Below, in pieces: positions 63,964 through 64,000 of a DNA stretch of 64,000 nt. The notes beneath the pieces are model-generated. The model ran no database searches and was not told the DNA's origin. It saw only the letters and a list, made by a program, of their open reading frames with translations. Source of the stretch: Chiloscyllium plagiosum (taxonomy: Eukaryota); assembly GCF_004010195.1 (NCBI RefSeq), contig NC_057718.1, positions 32,194,791 to 32,258,790 on the forward strand, read 5' to 3'. Position 1 is the stretch's first letter; each line of letters opens with the position of its first letter. The translations under genes and the position numbers were made by a program.

Positions 63964-64000
63964 TTTCAATTTTCAGGTGCCTCAATAGTTCCCACATTCC

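Noticed and set aside
1..64000. CRISPR arrays, prokaryotic operons, rRNA or intact viral genes
   Set aside because: No regularly spaced repeats, long intact ORFs or rRNA-like sequence seen; the content is vertebrate repeat DNA.

Overview
Eukaryotic, AT-rich, repeat-dense DNA, very likely from a shark (HE1-type V-SINEs, HER1/CR1 LINEs and Deu-domain SINEs; inferred from recalled family sequences, no database search). No intact protein-coding gene was recognised, so the window is probably intronic or intergenic. There are three N gaps (47757-48036, 54830-55072, 60161-60520). Content: many CR1 fragments, SINEs, short Penelope-derived insertions with target-site duplications (TSDs) and minimal hammerhead-ribozyme-like cores, two related solo LTRs, Tigger-like MITEs, and Gypsy, RTE and Harbinger relics. 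The most notable structure is a 4.56 kb composite retro-insertion (46121-50680) bounded by a perfect 20-bp TSD and an A-tail. It joins a Tx1-like ORF1 fragment, a CR1 ORF2 with its 3' end, a decayed C2H2 zinc-finger segment and a Tx1-like 3' end, and it sits inside a Harbinger Myb/SANT reading frame. There is also a ~277-bp, ~97% identical inverted repeat at 20999-21703.
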